A program made the translations under genes and the position numbers. A stretch of 64,000 bases of DNA from a virus (taxonomy: Duplodnaviria > Caudoviricetes), in IMG/VR virus record IMGVR_UViG_3300035520_001286, positions 4,532 through 68,531 of that record. The stretch is one strand, 5' to 3'. Of the stretch, positions 28,379 to 39,061 are shown one piece after another. Each line of letters begins with the position of its first letter. The stretch's first letter is position 1. The notes under the pieces were generated by a model. It ran no database searches, was not told the DNA's origin, and worked only from the letters and a program-made list of their open reading frames with translations.

Positions 28379-31168
28379 TTAAATTTCAAATGCATATCCA
28401 CGATTTGTTAAAATAACTATAGTATTTCCATTACCGACAATCTTGACATCTTTAACACCTCTGTCAGCCGATTTTAATGCTGAAACTATAGCGTTCTTTG
28501 CATTTCTAGGTAATGCACTTTCCAAGTCCCAAGCTATACCATCTTTATATATTTCCACGTTATAAATCATATATTCTTCTGGATCAAGCTTAGCATTCTT
28601 TAATCCTTTTGTAAGAGCACTTTCTAACTTTTCTTCATCAATAATAATGTCAGGCTGCTTTTCAGTTTGCACTCTCAACTTTGGCATTTTAGTTGATGAA
28701 TCTGTTATAATACTAGTTTTTATTGAATTACCAAACTTACTATTTAAAACATTTACAGCTTTTTTTGCATCATCTCTACTTTCAAACCAAACATAAAAAT
28801 TATCATCTGGGCCAGTTACCTTAGACCATTTTAAACCATTTGACTTTAAAACATTCAAAATTTCATCATTTTCATCAGTAATCCTTCTATCTCGATACTT
28901 TAAAACTTTTTTAACTGCAATATATGAATCACTTGCTTTTACTTTGTAACTTTTACCTAAAACTTTTACTTTAAACATACTATTATAATCCTCCATTTTT
29001 AATATATCCTTTACATCATCTATATCAGATTTTAATGCAACTATATTTGCTTCTAATTGTTGTATTCTTAAATAATTATTTGACTTTTGTGTTTGTAATT
29101 TTCTAACTTCAATATCATCTCTGCTGCTTGGTTTACTTTTAGAATTTATATATTGTATATCATAATCTATTGTTTTATTCTTATTTTCTAGTGCTTTAAT
29201 TTCATTTTCATATTCGCAAATTTGTTGTTCTAATTTTTTCATATTCTTTTGTATGTATTCTATATTATTAACATTTACATCTTTTACGCTTTTAGAATCT
29301 TTTAAATATTGATTCGCTTGCTTAATTAATTTTTTCTTCTCATCTGAGCTCAATTCATCTTCATCTGCATTTTCTATTGTTCTAATTATTGTTCTTAAGT
29401 TATGTGGATATGCTCTATATTGATTAATCATATAAGAATAACTTCTATAATTCATATCACTATCATTTGCCCTTTGCACACTATAACCAATTGCTGCAGC
29501 TTGCTTCGGGTTTTTACCAGATTTTATTTCAGTTGCTATATTCTTTTGTAATGCTTTATTTGAACTAGATTGAATCAAAGAATCATCAATTTTATATTCT
29601 TTAATAATATCACTTAACTTTCCATGTAATGCTATATAACCATCATTAGGAGAAACAGAATTGACATAACAATTAGCAGTTCCTATACCACCAAGCGCAA
29701 CATTATTTCTCAATTTTCTTAAAGCATCAAATAAATCTTTTCCTTTAATTTCGCTTTTATATTTTTCTTTATGGTATGTATCATTCCAATTAATTAAATA
29801 AATATTAGAATCTTTTATTTTTTTATCTTTAACCTCAATAGTTTTAATTTCATTTTTTAATTGTTCACCATCTTGATCAACTTCATAAATACTTACAAAA
29901 TTATCATCACTATTTTTATGCTTTTCTAATTCTTTGCTTGTCCATTTAATATTCTTAATATGCTTTTGTGCATCAGATATACAAGAATTTAAATTATCAA
30001 ATATTTTACTTTCGTCACCACCATCAAAAGCATCTACCCATTTATAATATTTTAAATTCGCATCTTTAACCTTCACAATTTCATAATAGTCTTTCCACCC
30101 TGTTTGCATTCCACTTGCTTTTTGAATTGCTTCTTTTTCAGTTTTAAACCTTTTAGCGCTATCCAATCCAGGAGCCCAATCACCAAAATCAGTATAATAA
30201 TAACCAGAAGCATAATTTGAAAGTTTATGCTTTAAAACATATGCAGTATCTTTTATTTTAGAATCATGCATTTTTAAATACTTTTTTGCTGCATCAACAA
30301 GTTCATTTCTAAACATTCTGAATCTGCTTAATCTATCAAAATCGTAAGTATCTAATTTACCATTTACAATTGAAGTTGAAAAATACTCCTGATTTTCAGC
30401 ATTTTTTAATTTAGAATTTTTTTGACTATGAGGATCATTGTTATTCCAATATACCATATAAATATATGGCTCTAACATTACAATATCATAATCATTATAA
30501 AAACCATGAAATTCTTTATTTGTAACTTTATCTTTATAATTATTAAAAATAATTCCTTTTATTATTCTATTTTCATCTTTTACTTTTATTTTAGAATCAT
30601 TAATCATAGTATAAATATGCGAAGCATTATTTAAATCATCTACTATATCCATTATACTCATATTATATTTTTTACCATCATCATATTTAACAATAGCATC
30701 ATCACCATTAATTTTTACAACTGTATAAACACCTTTCCCTTTATGGTTTATCTTTGTTCCAACTTTAATATCGGCAAATGAAAATGAATCAACAATATCA
30801 CAATCATTAATTTCTTCTACACTAACAATTAATTTTTTGTTCTTCATATTAGGATACATTCTTTCAAACTTTTCTTTTGCTTCTTTTTCTGAACTTGCCA
30901 TCAAATTCAATGTTTGAATACCTTTGACATCTTCTAATTGATATTTAATTTCAAATTCTTTTTTCCCATCCTTAGTTTTTATGCTTTTATCACTAATTTT
31001 TTTATAACCTAAATTACTAAAGTGCTTTTCAACTTGCTGCATATTATAAAAATCTTTATCATCTTTTGGATCATCAGAAGAAAAAACAAAACCATTTCTA
31101 CTTTGAAATAATTTACCAAATATAGGATTTTTACTATTTGTTTTTACATATTCACCTAACAATTTCAT
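28379..31168 (-). CDS. 929-aa multi-module head-region protein (putative internal/ejected polyprotein)
   Basis: Many ~50-80-aa modules separated by xx(K/N/H/T)D motifs; contains the small phage module [26 protein letters not shown]. Confidence 0.65.
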   Translation of the reverse strand: MKLLGEYVKTNSKNPIFGKLFQSRNGFVFSSDDPKDDKDFYNMQQVEKHFSNLGYKKISDKSIKTKDGKKEFEIKYQLEDVKGIQTLNLMASSEKEAKEKFERMYPNMKNKKLIVSVEEINDCDIVDSFSFADIKVGTKINHKGKGVYTVVKINGDDAIVKYDDGKKYNMSIMDIVDDLNNASHIYTMINDSKIKVKDENRIIKGIIFNNYKDKVTNKEFHGFYNDYDIVMLEPYIYMVYWNNNDPHSQKNSKLKNAENQEYFSTSIVNGKLDTYDFDRLSRFRMFRNELVDAAKKYLKMHDSKIKDTAYVLKHKLSNYASGYYYTDFGDWAPGLDSAKRFKTEKEAIQKASGMQTGWKDYYEIVKVKDANLKYYKWVDAFDGGDESKIFDNLNSCISDAQKHIKNIKWTSKELEKHKNSDDNFVSIYEVDQDGEQLKNEIKTIEVKDKKIKDSNIYLINWNDTYHKEKYKSEIKGKDLFDALRKLRNNVALGGIGTANCYVNSVSPNDGYIALHGKLSDIIKEYKIDDSLIQSSSNKALQKNIATEIKSGKNPKQAAAIGYSVQRANDSDMNYRSYSYMINQYRAYPHNLRTIIRTIENADEDELSSDEKKKLIKQANQYLKDSKSVKDVNVNNIEYIQKNMKKLEQQICEYENEIKALENKNKTIDYDIQYINSKSKPSSRDDIEVRKLQTQKSNNYLRIQQLEANIVALKSDIDDVKDILKMEDYNSMFKVKVLGKSYKVKASDSYIAVKKVLKYRDRRITDENDEILNVLKSNGLKWSKVTGPDDNFYVWFESRDDAKKAVNVLNSKFGNSIKTSIITDSSTKMPKLRVQTEKQPDIIIDEEKLESALTKGLKNAKLDPEEYMIYNVEIYKDGIAWDLESALPRNAKNAIVSALKSADRGVKDVKIVGNGNTIVILTNRGYAFEI

Positions 31169-31169
31169 C

Positions 31170-32360
31170 TTATCCTATTACTCCATTTATCTCAACTATC
31201 CTTGCACCATTATTCGTTTTTACAACAATTACAATAGGAGGAAATTTCTTATCTTTATAATCTTGAGACGATATATTAGAAATAGGAATAGGATATATTT
31301 TATATCCTTTTTCCATAGCTTCATTTTTATTTATTATTGTATATTTTTTGCCGTTATATGAATAAATATATTTCTCATAATCATATATACCATTTTCTTG
31401 TATAAAACCATTAGAAACATATTTTTGTAATGTAGAATTTATTATACTAACGACATTTGTTAAACCATTAGCAGTTAAATATTGTTTATCAATTATGCTT
31501 TCTAAAACATTATAAGCAATATCATTTTCCAAAGCAATCATTCCAAACTCTAATGTCAATCCAATACCATTAGAACAATTACCACCAAAATTTAAAATGT
31601 TATTACCAATTTTATCTATAAAATTATATTTATCAACTAATTGATCATACTCATCAGAAGTTAAATTACAAATGCCATTATCATCAACATCATATAACTT
31701 TTCCTTTGTATAACAATAATCTTTGAATGAACTATATTCACTTAAACTAATTCCAGAAAAGTATGCTGGAACAAGTAAAGCTGTATCAATCATATAATTA
31801 TTATTCTTAGAACTACTATATTTTATTATAGTAGAATAATCATTTAATCCATTATCATCAATAAATGTTTTGCTATTTGTCGTAAAACATAATCTAATCA
31901 CATTTGGTGATTTTAAACTTTCACAATATTTTGCTAAATCTATTATTTTATTTTCTGACTCTGTTTCTTCAATACCTGTATTATATTTTGATTCACCAAT
32001 ACATTGAGAACTAACTACAACAAAAATAAAATCATTAACTATTTTTCTTACTTCAGTTATGATCTCAATAAATTCTGTTTTTGTATAATTTGTAACTGGA
32101 CAAACAACAATTCTGTTTCCACCATTTTTAAAATATTGCTTTAGATTAAAACATAAATTGCCATCATCTACAATTTTACCTTTGTCATTATCATAATAAT
32201 CATCTTCAACATCACTATAAGAACTATATAATTTATTCTCATTTTTTATATCGTCAGAACTTGGATATAAATAAACTGCAGTTTTATATATATCTAATTC
32301 TTCTATATTATTTTCAAGTATTTCTAAATTTATTTTAATTATTTTATTTATATCAATCAT
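31170..32360 (-). CDS. tail sheath protein (DUF3383-like)
   Basis: [11 protein letters not shown] start, YFKNGG, L.N.I...VL.......LT.NG...V motifs; precedes the tube gene. Confidence 0.75.
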   Translation of the reverse strand: MIDINKIIKINLEILENNIEELDIYKTAVYLYPSSDDIKNENKLYSSYSDVEDDYYDNDKGKIVDDGNLCFNLKQYFKNGGNRIVVCPVTNYTKTEFIEIITEVRKIVNDFIFVVVSSQCIGESKYNTGIEETESENKIIDLAKYCESLKSPNVIRLCFTTNSKTFIDDNGLNDYSTIIKYSSSKNNNYMIDTALLVPAYFSGISLSEYSSFKDYCYTKEKLYDVDDNGICNLTSDEYDQLVDKYNFIDKIGNNILNFGGNCSNGIGLTLEFGMIALENDIAYNVLESIIDKQYLTANGLTNVVSIINSTLQKYVSNGFIQENGIYDYEKYIYSYNGKKYTIINKNEAMEKGYKIYPIPISNISSQDYKDKKFPPIVIVVKTNNGARIVEINGVIG

Positions 32361-32380
32361 ATTTTATCACCAATAAAAGA

Positions 32381-32812
32381 TCAATAATTTTCAGTAATTA
32401 TTTCAGCAGCTAAAAAGTCTAATTGATTGTCAGATATGTCATCACTTACAGAGTTGTCTGGTTCTTTTTGAGGAAATACACCTTTTGCCGAAAATTGCAT
32501 TACGCCTATTCCATTATCCAAGACTGTCATAGTTGATTCAGCTAATTGAGGATTTGCTCTACACCATTTTATAAATGAAACTATTTCTTTATATTTTGTA
32601 GAAGTCTGCGCCATCTTAACGGTAATCGTGCCACCTTTCGATGCATTATACGAAACTGTTGCACCACCATCGGAATATAACTTCATACTAAATGAATCTT
32701 CTTTAAAACTATACCCTATGTCACCAATAGTCTGATTTCCGCCACCAAATTCAATGTTTCCATAAGTATCATTGTTTATAACACAAGTAACAGAAGCTAA
32801 TGAATATACCAA
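32381..32812 (-). CDS. tail tube protein (DUF3277-like)
   Basis: YSLASVTCVI, SDGG...S..ASKGGTITVKM.QTS; follows the sheath gene. Confidence 0.75.
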   Translation of the reverse strand: MVYSLASVTCVINNDTYGNIEFGGGNQTIGDIGYSFKEDSFSMKLYSDGGATVSYNASKGGTITVKMAQTSTKYKEIVSFIKWCRANPQLAESTMTVLDNGIGVMQFSAKGVFPQKEPDNSVSDDISDNQLDFLAAEIITENY

Positions 32813-32828
32813 AATGTACCTCCAATTT

Positions 32829-33158
32829 TTATCTTATTTCTTTAACATCACGCATTAATTTAACTACTTCTTTTTTACCACTTTCGTATAAATCATTTTC
32901 CTCAGGATAAACATTTTTAATCATTTCATTAAATTCACCAACATGCTTTTTTTCTTCGTTTATAATATCCTGAATAGCATTTAATAATTTTGAGTAATTT
33001 TTTCCAGATTCATCAGCTAAGAATTTAATGTCATTATAATCACGCTCATATTGCATTATTGCATCATATTCGGCTACAACATCTTCTCTTAATATTTCTA
33101 CAATTTTCTTAACTACTTCATCATCATCTTTGATCCACTTCTTCATCATATACTCCAA
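32829..33158 (-). CDS. ferritin-like (di-iron ExxH) protein
   Basis: LREDVVAEYDAIMQYE ... IINEEKKHVGEF helical pair. Confidence 0.65.
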   Translation of the reverse strand: MEYMMKKWIKDDDEVVKKIVEILREDVVAEYDAIMQYERDYNDIKFLADESGKNYSKLLNAIQDIINEEKKHVGEFNEMIKNVYPEENDLYESGKKEVVKLMRDVKEIR

Positions 33159-33172
33159 AATAAATTCTAATG

Positions 33173-33261
33173 TACTCCAGTTAAACTCAGAGACATTTTA
33201 TAATTCTTATAATATAAATTAACACCAAATTGATGATATGCCCCTATAGTATATTACAAAG
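33173..33261. promoter_or_regulatory. paired inverted box, copy C (right box degenerate)
   Basis: TACTCCAGTTAAACTCAGAGACA - 43 bp - TGCCCCTATAGT. Confidence 0.6.
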
Positions 33262-35264
33262 CCTCTAACGCATTTCGCAAATCCTTCATTTTGCGTTTCT
33301 AATTTATCAATACCATTTATCCTACTATTTTCATCTAACTTAAGTTTTTTAATATCTTTTATTGTATTGTTGCATTCTCTATAAATTTTAATTTTATTAT
33401 TATAGAATCCTTGTTTTATCACTTGTATTGATTTAATTTTATCTTTATCATCAAAAATAACAAACGGAATGTTATAATTATTTATTAGTGAACTCAGCAT
33501 ATTGTTATTAGAACAATCAACAATATATTGACCATTTAAGTTATTTTCTTTATACCAATTCTCAAATTCTACTGTAGTATAAAAAATAAACTCTTTTTCT
33601 ACTAAATATGAATCTTCCTTTGGATCTCTATTTATTCCAACTACTTTTATGACTTCACCATCTAACGTTGCAGAATATTCTATAATTCTATAACCATTAT
33701 CCAATTTTGCAACTATATTATCTCTTGTAAACGATCCAGAATAAACTCCAATTCTATTCTTATCAAAATGATACAAGACTAATTGACTAAAAGCATCAAC
33801 TACATCATCATGTACCAAAAATGGAAATTTCTTTAAATGGTCAATTAAATATTGAGTTTGTTTATTATCTACAAATCTAACTGAACCATTTTCCATATAT
33901 ATCGAAGCTAGCTTTAACCTTTGAGTTTTACTTCTACTACCAGGATCAAAACCAACTAAACTTGGAATTTCTTTGCCCAAATCCTGTAACAATGCTGAAC
34001 CATTTGCTTTATCCTCTAAGATCTGGACAGTTGACGGATTTACTAATTCTATATTTTGTAAATATTGCTTAGTAGCTACATATCCCATATGTTCTTCAAA
34101 AGCACTATCCACTATCAATTCATTTGAATCACCAAAACCACCAACACAACCTAAAAAGTCATTGCTTTCTTTATCTTTAACTGGACAGTCATATGATAAA
34201 TATTCATTTTCACATTGACTCTTAACGTTATTAGCTTCATCTTTTGATATATACTTTATAAACTCTTCTTTAACTATATTGAAACTTGACTTTGATGCGT
34301 TTTGATTATATTGAATGTCAAACTCATCTTGTCCCATTTGCATTTTAACTGTTGAATAATCACCAAAACGTCCTGGCCATAAAAATTCACCTTTTTTAAA
34401 TGTTTTTACTTTGCCAGAACAGGGAAATATTAAATTTACTTCTTCATCATTTATAGCCTTAACAACAGTGTGACTATAAATTTGACTAAGTTCTTTATCA
34501 TCTAAAATTATATCTGTAATATCACCTTTTCCCAACCTTTGTTGAATATGCCATATTACACCAGTTTCTTGTGTGTTTAAACGAGTAGGAAGTGAATGTT
34601 GGAAAAAATCTATTGCATTTCTTAATATTGCACTATCCTGTTTTGATTTAGTAACATCAACAAGGTCATCAGCTATAATAACATCAGCACCAAAACCAGT
34701 AAATGAACTCATTGAAACAGAATATAATTTAGTTCCACTTACCAAAACTATACTTGAGGCCGTAGAAGACGATAAACGCATTGGAATACTTGTATGATAA
34801 TAATAATTATAAACATCACTTTCCAACAATTTTTGACGTTTCATATTTTGCTCTGTAGAAAGCTCTCTATTGTGTGAAACGCTAGCAACTGTAATTGGCG
34901 TATTTATTCCTAACCAAACTGGGCCAAATACATTCATTATTAATGATTTAGAATGTCTTGGCCCAATGTTCCAATTGTGATTTCTAACATGCTTTCCATT
35001 AAACATTTTATCACGAACTGGACAAATACCGCCAGATTTTTCTTTTATATAATTATATACCTCATCACTTATCCAATCACACCATACATAATAAGGCAAA
35101 AAATGTTTTACACTATACATGAAACATTCTGATTCAAATTCTATCAGCCAACTATCACAAAATGGAACAGATTCAACCGAACTCCAGAATTGTTTTATAA
35201 AATCATATAATGATTTTTTTAATAACCATGCCGCTGATTCTTTTTTATTAATAGTTGTTGCCAT
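33219..35264 (-). CDS. terL: terminase large subunit
   Basis: Walker A NIGPRHSKS, GFGADVIIADDL Walker B, nuclease ILEDKANG and HDDVVDAFSQ. Confidence 0.9.
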   Translation of the reverse strand: MATTINKKESAAWLLKKSLYDFIKQFWSSVESVPFCDSWLIEFESECFMYSVKHFLPYYVWCDWISDEVYNYIKEKSGGICPVRDKMFNGKHVRNHNWNIGPRHSKSLIMNVFGPVWLGINTPITVASVSHNRELSTEQNMKRQKLLESDVYNYYYHTSIPMRLSSSTASSIVLVSGTKLYSVSMSSFTGFGADVIIADDLVDVTKSKQDSAILRNAIDFFQHSLPTRLNTQETGVIWHIQQRLGKGDITDIILDDKELSQIYSHTVVKAINDEEVNLIFPCSGKVKTFKKGEFLWPGRFGDYSTVKMQMGQDEFDIQYNQNASKSSFNIVKEEFIKYISKDEANNVKSQCENEYLSYDCPVKDKESNDFLGCVGGFGDSNELIVDSAFEEHMGYVATKQYLQNIELVNPSTVQILEDKANGSALLQDLGKEIPSLVGFDPGSRSKTQRLKLASIYMENGSVRFVDNKQTQYLIDHLKKFPFLVHDDVVDAFSQLVLYHFDKNRIGVYSGSFTRDNIVAKLDNGYRIIEYSATLDGEVIKVVGINRDPKEDSYLVEKEFIFYTTVEFENWYKENNLNGQYIVDCSNNNMLSSLINNYNIPFVIFDDKDKIKSIQVIKQGFYNNKIKIYRECNNTIKDIKKLKLDENSRINGIDKLETQNEGFAKCVRGFVIYYRGISSIWC

Positions 35265-35298
35265 TATTTATTATATATTATATACAAAACTTAAAATT

Positions 35299-35598
35299 TT
35301 ATGAAATATTAGTTGAAAAATTATCGTTATAAAATTTATCCCTTTTTAATTCATCATCAAAAAACCAAATTTTATTTCCTTGCTGATTTACTCCCTCATC
35401 ATAATTAATCATATTTTCATAAACATCAATATTTACAAATGTTCCAAGCAAATTATATTTAACCAAAAAATTATCATCTGTATCTTGCTCAAAATCAATT
35501 TTATTTACGAACATTTGTGATTTTATAGTACCATATTGACCAATAGTACATACCATAAAAATAGGAGTACCAACTTTATATTTATATTCAATAGTCAT
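35299..35598 (-). CDS. hypothetical protein
   Basis: ORF track; overlapping start/stop with neighbours. Confidence 0.6.
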   Translation of the reverse strand: MTIEYKYKVGTPIFMVCTIGQYGTIKSQMFVNKIDFEQDTDDNFLVKYNLLGTFVNIDVYENMINYDEGVNQQGNKIWFFDDELKRDKFYNDNFSTNIS

Positions 35599-35900
35599 AT
35601 CTCATCTTCCCCAATCCAAGTTATTTTTAAAACCCTATATCTATAATTATTTAAACCATTACACATTGAAGGACTTATTTTTACTTCATCATCTATAAAC
35701 TCCAAATTATATCCTTCTTTTTCATATGATTTTATATAAATATTTACTATCGTTTTTGAAATAAAATCAGGAACCTTCACAATGCAAGAATAGCGACCTT
35801 CATTGGTCGCTTGCAAAATTGAATTATTTATTGTATCATTAAACGTTTCAATTGCATTTATATATTCTTCATCATCATGTGTTTCCATCTTCACCACCAA
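35595..35900 (-). CDS. hypothetical protein
   Basis: ORF track; true start probably the ATG near 35888. Confidence 0.6.
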   Translation of the reverse strand: MVVKMETHDDEEYINAIETFNDTINNSILQATNEGRYSCIVKVPDFISKTIVNIYIKSYEKEGYNLEFIDDEVKISPSMCNGLNNYRYRVLKITWIGEDEI

Positions 35901-36078
35901 AAATGTTTAAATCAAATTCATCTAAAGAACCAAAATCAACCAAACAATAATTGTTTTTTCCAATTCCATTATTAAATTTATGAATAGCATCATTGATATT
36001 TCTTGCTATAATTAACTTTGTATATTGATCTTTTGATGAACTATTGTCTTTATACACGACAATAAATGCTTTTTTCAT
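35875..36078 (-). CDS. hypothetical protein
   Basis: ORF track; GGAGG RBS. Confidence 0.6.
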   Translation of the reverse strand: MKKAFIVVYKDNSSSKDQYTKLIIARNINDAIHKFNNGIGKNNYCLVDFGSLDEFDLNIFGGEDGNT

Positions 36079-36281
36079 TTTAACTTCCTCACCATTCTAT
36101 TATATGATCTTGCACATAAATTATTACTTTCTTTTTCTTCTTGCTTAGCAAAACAACTTTGCCCAAGTTTATAAGTACAATATGAACAATATTCCATATC
36201 ACCACTTAAATCACGATTCGCTTTTTGACTAGCTTCAAATTTTTTATTATCTAAACTTTTCTGCCTTTCTTTATTTGTCAT
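36075..36281 (-). CDS. small Cys-containing hypothetical protein
   Basis: CSYC...C...C; ORF track. Confidence 0.6.
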   Translation of the reverse strand: MTNKERQKSLDNKKFEASQKANRDLSGDMEYCSYCTYKLGQSCFAKQEEKESNNLCARSYNRMVRKLK

Positions 36282-36289
36282 ATTTTATT

Positions 36290-36538
36290 TTAAAACTCCT
36301 TTTCTAAATATTCCAATGCATCTTCTAAACTATCAAACAAACATTTTTTATTAACATAAGTATGCATATTTTTCTTACTATGCTCATCACAATAATTAAT
36401 TCTAACCCAATTAATGTCTTTCAAACTTCTGCAATCTTCTATTGTACAAACTGCAATGTTCTTTGTATATTTACTTAAATCCAAAATTATGTATTTTAAA
36501 TCATTTCTATCACTTAAATATTTCATATTTATATACAC
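36290..36538 (-). CDS. hypothetical protein
   Basis: ORF track; GTG start with GGAG RBS. Confidence 0.55.
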   Translation of the reverse strand: MYINMKYLSDRNDLKYIILDLSKYTKNIAVCTIEDCRSLKDINWVRINYCDEHSKKNMHTYVNKKCLFDSLEDALEYLEKEF

Positions 36539-36584
36539 TCCAACATTAATTCTTAATTATTATTTTCTATTTTAAATTCTAGCA

Positions 36585-36673
36585 TACCTCATTTAAACTC
36601 AGAGACAAACGAAATACATTATTAATAAATATATTACTTTATAACGAAATGTCTCCATGATAAATCCAGTGAC
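36585..36673. promoter_or_regulatory. paired inverted box, copy D
   Basis: TACCTCATTTAAACTCAGAGACA - 42 bp - TGTCTCCATGATAAATCCAGTGAC. Confidence 0.7.
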
Positions 36674-36867
36674 TCCCGTTGCCATTCCGTTTTTAATGGT
36701 TCACCTTCAACATTTACAATTGTATCACATAATACACAAGAAAAATAACTACAAACTTTCCTGAACATTTTTGTTCTTTCATCATTTTCATCTAATTTTC
36801 TTTCAATTGTAAATATTGGATCCATTTGCCTACCACAAAACTTACACTTAGGCCTTTGTTCCTCCAC
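36634..36867 (-). CDS. zinc-ribbon protein
   Basis: CKFC ... CVLC. Confidence 0.6.
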   Translation of the reverse strand: MEEQRPKCKFCGRQMDPIFTIERKLDENDERTKMFRKVCSYFSCVLCDTIVNVEGEPLKTEWQRESLDLSWRHFVIK

Positions 36868-36924
36868 CTTTCATTTTAACCCCTTTTAATTATTTATTAT
36901 TATTATACTTGTAAACAATACAGT

Positions 36925-38199
36925 TTATTCTTTGTCATACCTAAAATCTTTGAATACAGGAAATCTTAGTGAGTATTCGCCATTCTGATTTTGTGTTTCT
37001 TCAAAATATTGTACTTCGATCATTTGTCCAATATACTTTTGTTTATTATTCCAAATTTCATTTCTTAACTCATCAGTTAGCCCCGCACCAACTCTTACTT
37101 CATTTCCTTTATATTTTATGATTAATGAACCTAAAGTATTTTTATATTTATTATTTCCTTCTTCTAATCCAATGATCTTTGTATCAATATCTTGCATTCT
37201 CTTTACTTTTAATAAATCTTTAGTTCTACCAAAGCAATATGGAGCACTTAAAGTTTTTACCATTACACCTTCTTCACCATTTGCTATTTGTTCATCTAAA
37301 CATTTAATTATTTGAGTTTGATCATGGCCTTGATATAATTTTTTTAAAACCTCAATGTGTTTAAATTTCCCACCAAAAATATCTTCTAATTTTCTTCTCC
37401 TAAACACATAGCCAGCTTCGCATTTTTTATTTATAAAATTACTATATGGCATTAAGTCAAAAACAAGAATTTTTAATCCTTTTTTCTCGCCATCTTTACG
37501 AGCAATTTTCATAGTTTTTTGGTATTGTTCTTTACTACTTAAATTTCCCTTATCAAATAATGTAAGTTCACCATCTAAAACAAATTCTTTTAATTGGCTT
37601 TCCATTAACTCTTTTTCTATTTCAACTAATCCAAATAATTCTTGACCTGATCTATTAAAAAATTGAATTTTATTATTATGTTTTATAGTTATTAATCTTT
37701 GACCATCAATTTTTGTGTCTATTATAAAACTTTTATTTTTTATGTAATCAGGAAACTCAAAATATTTTTCTGCTAATTGTACTTCAAATATAGGAATTAT
37801 ATTATTAAAAATTTTATTTATTGTTTTTGTTTGTATACCTAAAATTAAATTTTTAGTAATTATTTTCCTTATTAACTCAGAATAAATTTTATTTTTTTCT
37901 ATATAATTTTGAACCAATAAAATATCTTGATCTTTACCTGTATTATTTTCTTTTAAATACTCACAAAGTTCTATTATATTATTAATTTTAAGTTTATTAT
38001 TTAAATTTACTTTTATTTTCTTATTTAGTTTTTTATCAGATATTCCTGTAATTACTAAATTATTAAAAATAAAACCTAATAAATATTTTATCTCTTTATC
38101 TTGTTTATATTTTTCTAATATTCTTTGTTTATATAATCTAGAATTATTTTTATTTATTTCTGTAGTAAATATATTATATAACTCAAGTATTTTATCCAT
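36925..38199 (-). CDS. lig: ATP-dependent DNA ligase
   Basis: Motif I TKIDGQR, VLDGEL, EGVMVK, LLKVK, VRVGAG, LRFPVF. Confidence 0.92.
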   Translation of the reverse strand: MDKILELYNIFTTEINKNNSRLYKQRILEKYKQDKEIKYLLGFIFNNLVITGISDKKLNKKIKVNLNNKLKINNIIELCEYLKENNTGKDQDILLVQNYIEKNKIYSELIRKIITKNLILGIQTKTINKIFNNIIPIFEVQLAEKYFEFPDYIKNKSFIIDTKIDGQRLITIKHNNKIQFFNRSGQELFGLVEIEKELMESQLKEFVLDGELTLFDKGNLSSKEQYQKTMKIARKDGEKKGLKILVFDLMPYSNFINKKCEAGYVFRRRKLEDIFGGKFKHIEVLKKLYQGHDQTQIIKCLDEQIANGEEGVMVKTLSAPYCFGRTKDLLKVKRMQDIDTKIIGLEEGNNKYKNTLGSLIIKYKGNEVRVGAGLTDELRNEIWNNKQKYIGQMIEVQYFEETQNQNGEYSLRFPVFKDFRYDKE

Positions 38200-38413
38200 A
38201 ATTAACCTTAACTTTAATTTTACTTTAACTTATAATTTGATTAACTTATATATTATATATACTAATATAATATTAATCTATATATTATATATAATATTAA
38301 TCTAGATCTAGATATATATATTAATATATATTATATATTAGATTATATATTAATAATATTATATATAGATCTAATTATATAGTAAAACCTAATAAAAACC
38401 TAACAAAACCTAA
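38200..38413. other. nearly G/C-free tract with palindrome and helically phased repeats; candidate origin or control region
   Basis: TCTAGATCTAGA palindrome, duplicated ATATAATATTAATCTA, AAAACCTAA x3 at 11- and 10-bp spacing. Confidence 0.4.
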
Positions 38414-38628
38414 TAATATTTATTTTTTATAAATTTATTATAATTACCATTATCACCGCAATAATATATTATTTCAAGTTTATTTTCAGAATTCATTGTA
38501 CAACTTCCCATTGTTGAATAATCTTCTAAATAATTAGTTGTACATATATGATTACCAATATAACGTTCACATTCTTTTGCTTTCTTACAATTAATTGGAT
38601 TACAATATACTTTTATTTCAGATCCCAA
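38410..38628 (-). CDS. Cys-rich hypothetical protein
   Basis: ORF track. Confidence 0.55.
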   Translation of the reverse strand: MGSEIKVYCNPINCKKAKECERYIGNHICTTNYLEDYSTMGSCTMNSENKLEIIYYCGDNGNYNKFIKNKYY

Positions 38629-38950
38629 GTTTTTCTACCTCGTTTAAAATAAATACATTCTGTATTTTTTGTTGTATCGTGTATTTACCAGCAAAAATTT
38701 TAACTACATACATCGGGCAAAACAATGTCCTATTTTTATTAATTTTTCTACCATTTTGATCTATTTTTAAAATAAGATCTTTACTTAAAAAATCGTAATC
38801 CCAAACAAAACATTTATTGTTTAAATTAAATTTTTCTGCTGCTTTGCTCGTTATATAAGCTTGGCCATTTATATTAATTATAATATCATAATTTTTGTTT
38901 TCTTTAATAGGCCTAAAATAAGAATGTTGCATAATTTCCCCTTTATACAA
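38618..38950 (-). CDS. hypothetical protein, paralogue-like to 48022..48420
   Basis: Beta-rich, YI..A...F....Y.....LI.KI pattern; true start probably ATG at 38932. Confidence 0.55.
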   Translation of the reverse strand: MYKGEIMQHSYFRPIKENKNYDIIININGQAYITSKAAEKFNLNNKCFVWDYDFLSKDLILKIDQNGRKINKNRTLFCPMYVVKIFAGKYTIQQKIQNVFILNEVEKLGI

Positions 38951-38955
38951 ATTAA

Positions 38956-39043
38956 ACTCAAATTTAAACTCTAAGACATAATAAATTTTGTAATATAAAT
39001 ATTTATAAAACTATTTTTTATGACACCAAGCTTAACTGGTGAC
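38956..39043. promoter_or_regulatory. paired inverted box, copy E
   Basis: ACTCAAATTTAAACTCTAAGACA - 42 bp - TGACACCAAGCTTAACTGGTGAC. Confidence 0.75.
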
Positions 39044-39061
39044 TTCTAGAATTATTTTAAA

